DNA from: a virus
Taxonomy: Duplodnaviria; Caudoviricetes
DNA: 36,318 nucleotides
Virus record (IMG/VR): IMGVR_UViG_3300020194_001587
Coordinates: 1-36,318 of that record
Direction: 5' to 3' (one strand)
Within the stretch, counting starts at the first letter, position 1; each line of letters begins with the position of its first letter. A program made the translations under genes and the position numbers. Below are positions 1 through 9,335 of the stretch, in pieces. The notes below the pieces were generated by a model. The model made no database searches. It was not told where the DNA came from and saw only the letters and a list, made by a program, of their open reading frames with translations.

Positions 1-114
1 TTAAAACATATTGAAGAATGGAAAACTATTTATTCTAACTTCAAAGATATTGTTCACGATTTCAGAATAAATAATTCCGAATTAATTAATCAAGAATTAG
101 AAAGTGAGAATTAA
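1..114 (+). CDS. 3' end of an upstream ORF (partial; possibly an amidoligase by context)
   Basis: Frame 1 is open from base 1 (LKHIEEWKTIYSNFKD...ELESEN) to TAA at 112-114, just before the next ATG at 119. The product is guessed from context only. Confidence 0.55.
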   Translation, partial: LKHIEEWKTIYSNFKDIVHDFRINNSELINQELESEN

Positions 115-118
115 AAAA

Positions 119-889
119 ATGTGTTTAATTATAGTAGCTAACGATCTTAAATCATTAAATCTTGAAGACATGAGAATAGCTTACGAAAGAAATTCAAATG
201 GTTTTGGATTAATGTATTTAGATAAAAATAATAACTTTGTATCAGATAAGTTTGTTCCGAATGATTTTAATGAAGTAAAAACTTTTTTTAATCTACATAA
301 GAACAACACCGATCAAATGGCAATTCACTTTCGTTTTACGACTGCGGGAGCAACAAACAAAAAGAATTGTCATCCTTTTATTTCTTATAATAAAGATAAT
401 AGAATAATCGGAATGATGCACAATGGAGCAAAATTACCAATTCCATTAATACACAAGAACTGTTCGGATACATGGCATTTCAACGAACACAATTTAAAAC
501 CTACTTTAAAAAACAATCCAAATGTAATCTTAAATTCTAACTATCAAATAGAATTGGGTGAACATATTGGCAGTGATAAAATGGTTTTCTTAGATAGCAA
601 ATCAAGAAAGTTTATTATCATCAATGAGAAAGTAGGAAATTATAAAGGGGCTAATTGGTACTCAAACGAATATTGGGATACTAGAAAATTATATTCTAAT
701 TATAAAAGTCTATCTCTTTATGATAATAATTCATTTGATTATGATTATGTTGAAACTCCAACAGATACAGAAATAAAAAAAATGAGTGATAGTGAGATAG
801 AACTATTTATTGATCATTGCGTTTATTCTGAGGACACTTATCCATTAATCGAAACGATTAAAAACTATCGTAAAAAATTAATCGGATAA
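119..889 (+). CDS. class II (Ntn) glutamine amidotransferase-like protein
   Basis: ATG at 119 gives MCLII (Cys2 nucleophile). Motifs N-x-x-G-F-G, HFRFTT, NCHPF, MMHNG and SDT are typical of GATase type 2. Confidence 0.85.
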   Translation: MCLIIVANDLKSLNLEDMRIAYERNSNGFGLMYLDKNNNFVSDKFVPNDFNEVKTFFNLHKNNTDQMAIHFRFTTAGATNKKNCHPFISYNKDNRIIGMMHNGAKLPIPLIHKNCSDTWHFNEHNLKPTLKNNPNVILNSNYQIELGEHIGSDKMVFLDSKSRKFIIINEKVGNYKGANWYSNEYWDTRKLYSNYKSLSLYDNNSFDYDYVETPTDTEIKKMSDSEIELFIDHCVYSEDTYPLIETIKNYRKKLIG

Positions 890-896
890 CTCTTTT

Positions 897-935
897 GGGT
901 GTTCCTGTTCCTGTTCATTCGGGGCGGGAACACCC
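897..935. repeat. GC-rich hairpin after the GATase gene (possible terminator) with tandem TGTTCC units
   Basis: GGGTGTTCC (897-905) pairs with GGAACACCC (927-935). No clear U-tract on +; the TTTT at 893-896 would read as A-tract on -. Confidence 0.5.
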
Positions 936-1005
936 GCATCCAATCCTAAATATTTTATTACTTTCCAAAAATCTACTTGTGCATGAGAATTTTTTTTTGC
1001 CCGCC

Positions 1006-1044
1006 TAACCAAAAAAAATTGAAGAATGAAATTTTTTTTGGTTA
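1006..1044. repeat. perfect 15-bp inverted repeat
   Basis: TAACCAAAAAAAATT (1006-1020) and AATTTTTTTTGGTTA (1030-1044) with a 9-nt spacer. Confidence 0.8.
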
Positions 1045-1156
1045 AGAGATACTAAGGAATTACGAAGTAATACATTACTATTGAAAAAAGAGGGGTACCC
1101 CCTAAAATTAGAAGTAGTATATAGTATAACCTAGTATATAAATATACACAGAAAAC

Positions 1157-2638
1157 ATGAGCGATTTACTACCAGATTTGTCTTCTATGTCTCAAGAGGA
1201 GAGACTTTTGTTTCTCAAGAAGCTTGAGCTTAAGAAAGTACAACTTGAATCTGCAAGGAACTCTAGGGACTCCTTTGGAAATTTCGTAAAAAACATTTGG
1301 CCCGACTTCATTGAGGGGAGGCACCATAAAATCATTGCTAAAAAATTAGAAGCCATCAGGGATGGAAAAATTAATAGATTAATTGTCAATATGCCACCCC
1401 GACATACTAAATCAGAATTTGCCAGTTATCTCTTTCCCGCCTGGATGATGGGCAATAACCCTAAATTAAAGATTATCCAAACCACCCATACAGCCGAGCT
1501 AGCCTATCGTTTTGGTCGTAAGGTCAGAAACTTGATGAATGAAAGCGAATTTAAGTCCGTATTCCCGGGCACGGAGCTACGAGCCGATTCCCAAGCTGCA
1601 GGAAGATGGGAAACCAACCACGGGGGGGAGTATTTTGCAGCTGGTGTCGGTGGTTCCATCACAGGGCGTGGTGCAGATTTATTAATTATTGACGATCCTC
1701 ACTCCGAACAAGACGCTCTCAGTAAGACTGCGATGGAGAATGCATGGGAATGGTACACTTCAGGTCCTCGTCAGCGTCTTCAACCAGGGGGAAGTATCGT
1801 TGTGGTCATGACTCGTTGGTCAGAAGAAGACTTAACCGAGCGTTTGATCGAGGCTCAAGCCAAAGATCCTCTCGCTGACAAGTGGGATATTGTCGATTTC
1901 CCTGCGCTCATGGACGACGGCACCCCTCAATGGCCAGAATTCTGGAAAAAAGATCAATTAGAAGCGGTTAAAGCCTCACTGCCCGTGGCTAAATGGAATG
2001 CACAGTGGCAACAACAGCCAACAAGTGAAGAAACTTCGATTATTAAGCGTGAATGGTGGCAATGTTGGGAAAAAGAACAACCTCCTTTGCAATATATCAT
2101 TCAAAGTTACGATACAGCCTTCTCATCCAAGACCACAGCGGACTATTCTGCGATTACAACATGGGGAGTTTTCTATAATGAGATGACGGGTAAGCAAAAT
2201 ATTATTCTCATGGAAGCGGACCGTGGGCGGTGGGACTTCCCCGAGCTAAAAAGGATCGCTTTAGAAAAGAATCATTACTGGCAACCCGAACAAATCATCA
2301 TTGAAGCCAAAGCAACGGGTCTCCCCCTAACGCACGAATTACAAGCGATGGGAATTCCCGTCATTAATTTTACACCCAGTCGGGGAAACGACAAATTAGT
2401 CCGTGTCAACAGTGTGGCACCCCTATTTGAGAGTGGAATGATTTGGTATCCAGCGTATAAATGGGCCGAAGAAGTTATTGAAGAATGTGCCGCTTTCCCC
2501 TATGGTAGAAATGATGACTATGTGGATTCGATGACACAAGCATTAATGCGTTACCGACAATTTGGTGCGTTGCAACACGAGTATGATGAGGAGATTGATG
2601 AACGTCCGAGACGTAGGATTGCTTTTTATGGATCTTAA
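1157..2638 (+). CDS. terL: terminase large subunit
   Basis: Walker A-like NMPPRHTKS, GVGGSITGRGAD, Walker B LLIIDD, VVVMTRW, nuclease motifs YDTA/DYSA, IEAKATG and FPYGRNDDYVD. Confidence 0.95.
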   Translation: MSDLLPDLSSMSQEERLLFLKKLELKKVQLESARNSRDSFGNFVKNIWPDFIEGRHHKIIAKKLEAIRDGKINRLIVNMPPRHTKSEFASYLFPAWMMGNNPKLKIIQTTHTAELAYRFGRKVRNLMNESEFKSVFPGTELRADSQAAGRWETNHGGEYFAAGVGGSITGRGADLLIIDDPHSEQDALSKTAMENAWEWYTSGPRQRLQPGGSIVVVMTRWSEEDLTERLIEAQAKDPLADKWDIVDFPALMDDGTPQWPEFWKKDQLEAVKASLPVAKWNAQWQQQPTSEETSIIKREWWQCWEKEQPPLQYIIQSYDTAFSSKTTADYSAITTWGVFYNEMTGKQNIILMEADRGRWDFPELKRIALEKNHYWQPEQIIIEAKATGLPLTHELQAMGIPVINFTPSRGNDKLVRVNSVAPLFESGMIWYPAYKWAEEVIEECAAFPYGRNDDYVDSMTQALMRYRQFGALQHEYDEEIDERPRRRIAFYGS

Positions 2639-2651
2639 GGTATAAATAATT

Positions 2652-5045
2652 ATGGCTGAAATTGACAAAACGTTAAATGAAGCACCAACAGGTGTCGAAG
2701 AAGAAATTATTACAGAAGGTGTAAGCGAAAGCACACCGTTAGAAGTGGAAGTAGAGGGCGATGAGGCCGTGAGTCTTGGTCCCGTGCCCACGGACACCGG
2801 AGACGGATTCGCTGACAACTTAGCCGAAGTCATCGAAGAAGAAACTCTCGCAAAAATTTCCAATGAACTCCGAGCACAGTTCTCGGTCGATCAAACATCC
2901 CGAAAAGATTGGGAACAAAGTTACATCAAAGGTTTAGATCTCTTAGGTTTCAAATATCAAGAAGTTTCAAATCCCTTCAGAGGGGCAGCATCAGTTTCTC
3001 ATCCACTACTCGCTGAGGCCGTCACGCAGTTTCAAGCAGGAGCTTATAAAGAACTCTTGCCTGCGGGCGGTCCTGTTAAGACAACTGTCTTAGGAGAAGC
3101 GACTCCTGAGGTAGAACAACAGGCAGAGCGAGTCAAAGAATTTATGAACTATCAAATTATGTACAAGATGAAAGAGTACGATCCCGAAATGGATCAATTA
3201 CTTTTTCATTTACCGTTAGCCGGTAGTGCATTTAAAAAAGTTTATTTTGATGGCAACATGGGAAGACCGTGTGCGAAGTTTATACCGAGCGAAGACTTGG
3301 TCGTGAACTACGGTGCATCGGAATTAGAAGATGCGGAACGCATTACACATGTGATAAAAATTTCTCCGAATGATTTAAAGCGACAAATGATTTCTGGTTT
3401 TTACCGAGATATTGAAATTGATGAGAACGACGAATTGTATTCTTCGTATTCCGATATTCAAGAAAAGTACGATGAATTAGAAGGAGTCCAAAAGTCAGAA
3501 TATTCTGGTCAGTATCAATTACTCGAGATGCACGTCGATTTAGATCTCGAAGGATATGAAAACACAGGACCAGATGGTGAGCCCACAGGACTAAAACTGC
3601 CTTATGTTGTAACACTGGAACAAGGCACCGGAAAGATTTTATCAATCTACCGAAACTATTTACAGAACGATCCGATGTTCATGAGACAAAAATATTTTGT
3701 CCACTACAAGTTTTTACCTGGTCTCGGATTTTATGGTTTTGGTTTAGTGCATATGCTTGGCGGTTTGACAAGAACGGCTACAGCAGCACTGCGAGCATTG
3801 CTCGATGCAGGTACATTGTCCAACTTACCTGCCGGTTTCAAATCCAGAGGTCTTCGTGTACGAGATGATGAAGAACCTTTGATGCCTGGAGAATTCAGAG
3901 ATGTGGATGCACCAGGAGGAGATCTACGAAATGCGTTAATGCCTTTACCGTATAAAGGACCCGATGGAACTTTATTTCAGTTATTAGGATATGTCGTGGA
4001 TGCGGGAAGAAGATTTGCAGCGATTGCCGATATGAAAGTCGGAGATGGTTCACAGGCTAACCCTGTTGGTACAACCATGGCACTTTTAGAACAAGGTTCC
4101 AAAGTGATGAGTGGTATTCACAAAAGATGTCACTATGCACAAAAAGAAGAATTTCAATTACTCGCTAGATTATTTGCTACCGCTTTACCAGGAGAATATC
4201 CATATGAAGTTGCGGGCGGTGATCGTGCGATTAAGACAACCGACTTTGATGAAAGAGTTGATGTCATTCCTGTTTCCGATCCGAATATCTTTTCGATGAG
4301 TCAGCGAATTATGTTGGCACAAACTCAATTACAATTAGCTCAAAGCAATCCCGAGATTCACAATTTATACGAAGCGTATCGCAGAATGTATCAAGCATTA
4401 GGTGTTCAACAAATTGAAAATATTTTACCTCCACCCGCAGGACCTCAACCTGTCGATCCTGGTGTCGAGAATTCACAATCACTGATGCTAGGACAATTGA
4501 CCGTGTTTCCCGATCAAGATCATATTGCTCACATGGAAGCCCACCGTGCCTTTATGAGTTCTTATTTAGTCAGAAATAACCCACAAGTTTTAACTATACT
4601 TCAAGCACACGTTATTGAACATGTTTCTGCACAAGCACGAAATGAAGTGATGATGGAATTACAACCTGTTCTACAACAAGAAGCTGCAAAGTTTGGAGGA
4701 CAAGTTCCACCCGAACTACAACAACAGTTCCAAGCACAAATTGAAAAACAAGTAGCGGTGAAGATTGCAGCAATTACAGACGACATGGTCGCTGAAGAAC
4801 AAGAAATATTACCATTAGGAAATGGTCCCGATCCTTTAGTTGATTTAAAGTTAAAAGAGTTAGATCTTGAGCAACAAAAAATTAATGTCGATGCAGCTGA
4901 TGATTTAGCTCAACATAAATTAGAAGAAGAAAAATTAAGTTATAAAAAATCAATTGATTCTGCCAAACTAGCACAACAACAACGAATTCAAAATCAACGA
5001 ACTGCCGTTCAAATGGAGAGACTCAATGCCTCTAAAAAAAGGTAG
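2652..5045 (+). CDS. portal protein (podovirus-type, long helical C-terminus)
   Basis: 797 aa directly after terL. Motifs [15 protein letters not shown] and GFYGFGL, plus a Q/E-rich coiled-coil C-terminus. Confidence 0.88.
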   Translation: MAEIDKTLNEAPTGVEEEIITEGVSESTPLEVEVEGDEAVSLGPVPTDTGDGFADNLAEVIEEETLAKISNELRAQFSVDQTSRKDWEQSYIKGLDLLGFKYQEVSNPFRGAASVSHPLLAEAVTQFQAGAYKELLPAGGPVKTTVLGEATPEVEQQAERVKEFMNYQIMYKMKEYDPEMDQLLFHLPLAGSAFKKVYFDGNMGRPCAKFIPSEDLVVNYGASELEDAERITHVIKISPNDLKRQMISGFYRDIEIDENDELYSSYSDIQEKYDELEGVQKSEYSGQYQLLEMHVDLDLEGYENTGPDGEPTGLKLPYVVTLEQGTGKILSIYRNYLQNDPMFMRQKYFVHYKFLPGLGFYGFGLVHMLGGLTRTATAALRALLDAGTLSNLPAGFKSRGLRVRDDEEPLMPGEFRDVDAPGGDLRNALMPLPYKGPDGTLFQLLGYVVDAGRRFAAIADMKVGDGSQANPVGTTMALLEQGSKVMSGIHKRCHYAQKEEFQLLARLFATALPGEYPYEVAGGDRAIKTTDFDERVDVIPVSDPNIFSMSQRIMLAQTQLQLAQSNPEIHNLYEAYRRMYQALGVQQIENILPPPAGPQPVDPGVENSQSLMLGQLTVFPDQDHIAHMEAHRAFMSSYLVRNNPQVLTILQAHVIEHVSAQARNEVMMELQPVLQQEAAKFGGQVPPELQQQFQAQIEKQVAVKIAAITDDMVAEEQEILPLGNGPDPLVDLKLKELDLEQQKINVDAADDLAQHKLEEEKLSYKKSIDSAKLAQQQRIQNQRTAVQMERLNASKKR

Positions 5046-5169
5046 TAGTAAAGCAACCGTTAGTGCTAATATATCTAAACTGAGGAAAGAAGGTAAACCT
5101 CAGAAACAAGCAATTGCGATTGCTTTACAAAAGGCAGGTAAATCAAATGTCAAAAAAAGAAAAAAATAA
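5026..5169 (+). CDS. small basic protein, 47 aa (not in ORF track)
   Basis: [47 protein letters not shown] with GGAG upstream. A common phage micro-protein pattern (QAIAIAL). Confidence 0.75.
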   Translation: MPLKKGSSKATVSANISKLRKEGKPQKQAIAIALQKAGKSNVKKRKK

Positions 5170-5407
5170 CCCTCTGGAAGAGATTGATAGAGAAGCCGTT
5201 GATTCCCTTACTTATGAATTTAAGATGTTATTTTCTCTCTATGTTTCCCAGGGCGTTGATCCATTAGCCATTGCGAGTTCTTATCTAGCCGCTGGCCAGT
5301 GGGCAATGAACCGTGAAATAGGGTTGAAACAAACACAAGATTTGTTAAAGTTACTAGCAAATTACAAATACGAGGTTATCCCCGTATATAACAAAACAGT
5401 ACACTAG
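5147..5407 (+). CDS. hypothetical protein
   Basis: ATG at 5147 (MSKKEKNNP) preceded by AGGT; fills the gap between neighbouring genes. Confidence 0.65.
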   Translation: MSKKEKNNPLEEIDREAVDSLTYEFKMLFSLYVSQGVDPLAIASSYLAAGQWAMNREIGLKQTQDLLKLLANYKYEVIPVYNKTVH

Positions 5408-5416
5408 GAGATTACG

Positions 5417-5686
5417 ATGCCACTAAAACCAATTGATAAAGATAAAAACCCAGGTCTAGCAAAATTACCAACGGGTGTAAGAAACAAAATGGGCTACATG
5501 AAAAAAGGTGGCGCTATGAAGAAAAAAGATGGCGGTATGGTTTTAGAGATTGGCTTACGTCCAGCTACTGAAAAGGAAATGAAGATGGCTAAAGAGATGG
5601 AACCAAAGAAAAAAGCAAACGGTGGAATGGTATCCAGAGGAACTGGAGCTGCAATTAGCGGAAAAGGTTTTAAGGGAGTATTTTAA
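5417..5686 (+). CDS. small Lys/Met/Gly-rich protein with xGG motifs
   Basis: RBS AGGAG; contains KKGG, KDGG and ANGG; ends RGTGAAISGKGFKGVF. Confidence 0.75.
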   Translation: MPLKPIDKDKNPGLAKLPTGVRNKMGYMKKGGAMKKKDGGMVLEIGLRPATEKEMKMAKEMEPKKKANGGMVSRGTGAAISGKGFKGVF

Positions 5687-6078
5687 TGGCTGAAGATAAA
5701 GATAAAAAAACTAGCCTTAAAGAAAAGATCGGTCTTTTTATCGATAAGAAATTAACTTTCGGCGGAGGGTTATCTACCCCTCAAAAAATTATTGATATGG
5801 CAGAAGAAGCTGTCGGCGTAGAGTCTTATAAAGATATTGATACTCAAGAGAAGTTTAATCAGTTTAAAAAAATCATGAATGAAATGTCCACAAAATATAA
5901 AGATGGAGTACCGAAAGAAGCAAAGAACGGTGGCATGATTAAAAAATTTAAAAAAGGTGGGTCAGTCGAAGGGAAAAGACTCACACGAACAGTTCCCCCT
6001 AAAAAGGGACCTAACTCTCAAGGTATGAGAGGAACCGGTGCTGCGATTCGTGGTACCAAATTCAAAGGAGTATTCTAA
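5686..6078 (+). CDS. basic protein sharing its C-terminus with the upstream gene
   Basis: TAATG coupling; contains KNGG and KKGG; ends RGTGAAIRGTKFKGVF. Confidence 0.75.
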   Translation: MAEDKDKKTSLKEKIGLFIDKKLTFGGGLSTPQKIIDMAEEAVGVESYKDIDTQEKFNQFKKIMNEMSTKYKDGVPKEAKNGGMIKKFKKGGSVEGKRLTRTVPPKKGPNSQGMRGTGAAIRGTKFKGVF

Positions 6079-6173
6079 TGGATAAAATCAAACAATTATG
6101 GAATGATCATCCCAAAAAGAAGTGGCTTGTAATAGGTATTGCTATTGGCTGGATCATCGCTCAATACATCTAA
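6078..6173 (+). CDS. 31-aa single-TM peptide (not in ORF track)
   Basis: MDKIKQLWNDHPKKKWLVIGIAIGWIIAQYI; GGAG RBS and TAATG coupling; lies just before the holin. Confidence 0.65.
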   Translation: MDKIKQLWNDHPKKKWLVIGIAIGWIIAQYI

Positions 6174-6176
6174 TTA

Positions 6177-6590
6177 ATGTTATCTAAAATTTTAGGCGGA
6201 TCTTTAGTGGACACTGTTGGTAAAGTGATCGACAGTGTTCACACATCCGAAGAAGAAAAAGGTCAAATAAGAATTAAACTACAAGAACTTGAAAATGAAA
6301 TTAACTCTAAACAAATGGATATTAATTTAGCCGATGCTCAGTCTACAGCTACCGATATTTCAGGTTTACTGCAACGTTCTTGGCGACCCCTCATTGGATT
6401 TAGTGCAGCATTGGCCATATTTTTCGAATTTGTCCTTAAACCTTTTATCGTGTTCTTTTTAGGAGTATTCCAAATTGAAGTGGGTCCACTACCCCAAATG
6501 AACATGGAACAATTAATGCCTTTAGTCATGGCACTTTTAGGCATGGCCGGGCTTAGGACTTTTGAGAAGTCTAAGAAAATTACTAAGTAG
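6177..6590 (+). CDS. holin, 3-TM (GTA-holin-like) family
   Basis: WRPLIG motif, two hydrophobic helices and a LGMAGLRTFEK C-terminal motif. Confidence 0.8.
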   Translation: MLSKILGGSLVDTVGKVIDSVHTSEEEKGQIRIKLQELENEINSKQMDINLADAQSTATDISGLLQRSWRPLIGFSAALAIFFEFVLKPFIVFFLGVFQIEVGPLPQMNMEQLMPLVMALLGMAGLRTFEKSKKITK

Positions 6591-6841
6591 TGGAAGTAAA
6601 TATATATTCAGCAATTTTACGTCTAATAAAGACTAGACAAGACGATGTAAAGTCTGTAATCATAGACGGAAACGTAGAGAGTTGGGATAAATACCAATAC
6701 CTAGTTGGTCAACTAACTTCTCTTCGCAAACTCGATTCAGATATTAGGGATCTGTTTCGCAAATGGGAGGTAGACGATGAAGTCGACAACGGGGCTGATA
6801 ATGCCCAACGAAAAAAAGATAGTGGGGATAAAGCCCGCTGA
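6590..6841 (+). CDS. hypothetical protein
   Basis: GTG start overlapping the holin stop; helical G-x(4)-WDKYQYLVGQ pattern. Confidence 0.65.
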   Translation: MEVNIYSAILRLIKTRQDDVKSVIIDGNVESWDKYQYLVGQLTSLRKLDSDIRDLFRKWEVDDEVDNGADNAQRKKDSGDKAR

Positions 6842-7208
6842 GAAAAAAGAAGAAGATAAAAAGAGCGACCTTAGTAAAGTCCCCAAACCAACAGGTTGGA
6901 GATTAATAGTTCTTCCCTACAAAGGTGTAGGTAAAACTAAAGGTGGTGTTTTATTAACTGACAAAGCTGTAGAAGATCAACAAGTTGCTTCTGTATGTGC
7001 TTTAGTTCTAGAAGTCGGACCCGACGCTTACGCAGATAAGGATAAATTTCCAAATGGACCTTGGTGTAAAAAAGGCGACTGGGTAATCATCGCACGATAC
7101 GCTGGATCTCGAATCAAAATCGAGGGAGGCGAACTCAGAATACTAAATGATGATGAGATAATTGGGACTGTCGAAAGTCCTGAGGATATTTTAGGAGTAT
7201 ACACATGA
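6777..7208 (+). CDS. groES: GroES/Cpn10 co-chaperonin
   Basis: PTGWRLIV, KTKGGVLL mobile loop, VLEVGPDAY, KKGDWV, YAGSRIKI and RILNDDEIIG; RBS GGAGG. Confidence 0.9.
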   Translation: MKSTTGLIMPNEKKIVGIKPAEKKEEDKKSDLSKVPKPTGWRLIVLPYKGVGKTKGGVLLTDKAVEDQQVASVCALVLEVGPDAYADKDKFPNGPWCKKGDWVIIARYAGSRIKIEGGELRILNDDEIIGTVESPEDILGVYT

Positions 7209-8218
7209 ACGAAGTAGATAGACAAGTTGCTGAGTTACAGGCTCAATCAGGCAATAAAACAAAACAAGAGTATTCTGTAGAAGTAGAGTCGGAAGATATT
7301 GCTTCTCCAACAGAAGAAAATGAAATTGAGATTCCTCAAGAGAAAAAAACTTTTGAAGTAGAGTCTGACAACCAGGAAGAACCTGTTGTTGAAGACAAGT
7401 CAAAACAACAAGAAGTAAGTCTCGAAGAAGAGGAACCTAAAGAAGATTCCAAACATAAGTATAGTAAGTCTGTTCAGAAAAGATTTGATGAATATGCTTA
7501 TCAGCTTGGTGAATCTAGACGACGTGAAGAAGAAGCAATAGCAATTGCTCAAGCTATTAAAGCCGAAAGAGATAAAATTAAAGATGAATTAGGCAAACTT
7601 AATAGTGGCTATGTAAATGAGATGGGTGGTCGTTTGACTGGTTCCATGGAAGCAGCGAAAGCCAAGCTTAAAAAAGCAATGGAAGACCAAGATTATGATG
7701 CTGTCGCAAATGCACAATTTGAAATTGGAAAATTAAGCACAGAGCAAAGCAGATATGAGCAAATAAAAGCCCAACAAGAGGCTTTAGCAAATGCTCCTAA
7801 GCAGGAAAGAGAGATTGAAATACCTAAAGTACAACCTCAACAACCTGTTAAGGATCCAAAAGCTGAGTCTTGGGCAGAGAAAAACGAATGGTTTGGCACT
7901 GATAAGGTGATGACCAACGTTGCTTATGCAATTCACGAAGATTTAGTAAATCAAGGTGTTGATCCACGCACAGATTACTATTATAGTGAGATTGATAAAC
8001 GTATGAGGGAAAACCTTCCTCATAAGTTTCAACAAGATTCTTCATCCGAAGAACCCGCACGCCAACAGCCCGTCCAGACTGTGGCAAGCGCACATCGAAA
8101 CAGAGGCACAGGACGCAACGTAGTTAAGTTGTCAAGTTCAGAAGCGGCTATCGCAAAACGACTTGGTCTTTCCAACGAACAATATGCGTCGGAAAAACTA
8201 AAGTTACAGAGGAGGTAA
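7205..8218 (+). CDS. putative capsid scaffolding protein
   Basis: Acidic N-terminus, long coiled coil, W-x-x-x-N-x-WFG motif and basic C-terminal helix (IAKRLGLS..YA); lies upstream of the capsid genes. Confidence 0.7.
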   Translation: MNEVDRQVAELQAQSGNKTKQEYSVEVESEDIASPTEENEIEIPQEKKTFEVESDNQEEPVVEDKSKQQEVSLEEEEPKEDSKHKYSKSVQKRFDEYAYQLGESRRREEEAIAIAQAIKAERDKIKDELGKLNSGYVNEMGGRLTGSMEAAKAKLKKAMEDQDYDAVANAQFEIGKLSTEQSRYEQIKAQQEALANAPKQEREIEIPKVQPQQPVKDPKAESWAEKNEWFGTDKVMTNVAYAIHEDLVNQGVDPRTDYYYSEIDKRMRENLPHKFQQDSSSEEPARQQPVQTVASAHRNRGTGRNVVKLSSSEAAIAKRLGLSNEQYASEKLKLQRR

Positions 8219-8222
8219 CATT

Positions 8223-8681
8223 ATGATTGATAAGACACCTAGATCTGCATCCACAAGGGATAAAGAAGCACGCAAAAAACATTGGCAGCTACCAAGCTCG
8301 CTTGATACACCAGAACCACCTGAGGGTTTTAAATTCAGATGGATTAGGGAATCAGTAAGAGGATATGAAGATAACAAAAACGTTATCGGTCGACTCAGAC
8401 AAGGTTATGAACTTGTTCGAGCAGATGAATATCCCGATTTTGATTTTCCTAGTGAAGCTGAAGGAAAACACGCAGGTATCGTTTCTGTTGGTGGACTATT
8501 ATTGGCAAAGGTGCCGGTAGAGATCGCAAAAGAGAGAGATCAATACTACTCTCAACTAGCTCATGATCAACAGGATGCTGTTGACAACGATCTTCTAAAG
8601 GAACAACACCCTTCTATGCCGATCAATAAGCCCGAGCGAAAAACTAGAGTTACGTTCGGTGGCTCGAAAAAAAGTGAATAA
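8223..8681 (+). CDS. conserved head-module hypothetical protein
   Basis: RBS GAGGAGG; motifs PEGFKFRWIR, GYELV and GGLLLAK. Confidence 0.7.
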   Translation: MIDKTPRSASTRDKEARKKHWQLPSSLDTPEPPEGFKFRWIRESVRGYEDNKNVIGRLRQGYELVRADEYPDFDFPSEAEGKHAGIVSVGGLLLAKVPVEIAKERDQYYSQLAHDQQDAVDNDLLKEQHPSMPINKPERKTRVTFGGSKKSE

Positions 8682-8742
8682 TTTTTTTTCTGACCTAGAC
8701 GTAACACTTACTAACAACACATACTTTTAAAGGAGTATTAAC

Positions 8743-9324
8743 ATGGCAAATCAAGACGCCCCCTTTGGTTTCAGAGCTGTAAGAATGCAAGGTTCTGGTC
8801 CGTCAACAAACGGTCAGACTCAATACCTTGTAGCTAACGGCTATGCGACCTCAATCTTCCAGGGAGATCCTGTGGAGATGGTAGCTGGTGGTACAGTAGA
8901 AGTTGCTAATGGTGTTGCAGACGTAGTAGTAGGTGTTTTCAACGGCGTTCAATACGTTGACGTGAACACAAGAAAACCAATATGGTCAAACTACCACGCA
9001 GCTAACACTTCAAGCTACGACGGTACTATCAAAGCTTTCGTACAAGACGATCCGAATCAGTTATTTGAAGTTCAAGTATCTGGTGCAATGACATTAGCTA
9101 ACGTTGGTGAAACAGCTAACTTAGTTTACACTGCCGGTTCTACACACAGTGGAACATCAAAAGCAGAAGTAAACAGTGAGACTTTCTCAACTAGTGCTGA
9201 TACTGCTGTTAAAATTGTTGGTATTTCAGGAGATCCTGAGAACTCAGATCTTACTGCTAACAACGCTAACATCGTCGTTAAATTTAACAAGCACTTATAC
9301 AGTGCTAATGTTGCAGGCATATAG
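8743..9324 (+). CDS. putative capsid decoration/minor head protein
   Basis: RBS AAGGAG; beta-rich; directly before the major capsid gene with the same C-ending (AAC/TAC/TTC) codon bias. Confidence 0.65.
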   Translation: MANQDAPFGFRAVRMQGSGPSTNGQTQYLVANGYATSIFQGDPVEMVAGGTVEVANGVADVVVGVFNGVQYVDVNTRKPIWSNYHAANTSSYDGTIKAFVQDDPNQLFEVQVSGAMTLANVGETANLVYTAGSTHSGTSKAEVNSETFSTSADTAVKIVGISGDPENSDLTANNANIVVKFNKHLYSANVAGI

Positions 9325-9335
9325 GAGGTTAAACT

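Noticed and set aside
104-118. GTG start at 104 for the GATase
   Set aside because: ATG at 119 places Cys at position 2, as Ntn enzymes require, and avoids overlap with the upstream ORF.
8661-8695. A-tract/T-tract hairpin at the end of gene 8223..8681 as a terminator
   Set aside because: The stem is almost all A-T and weak, so it is not convincing as an intrinsic terminator.
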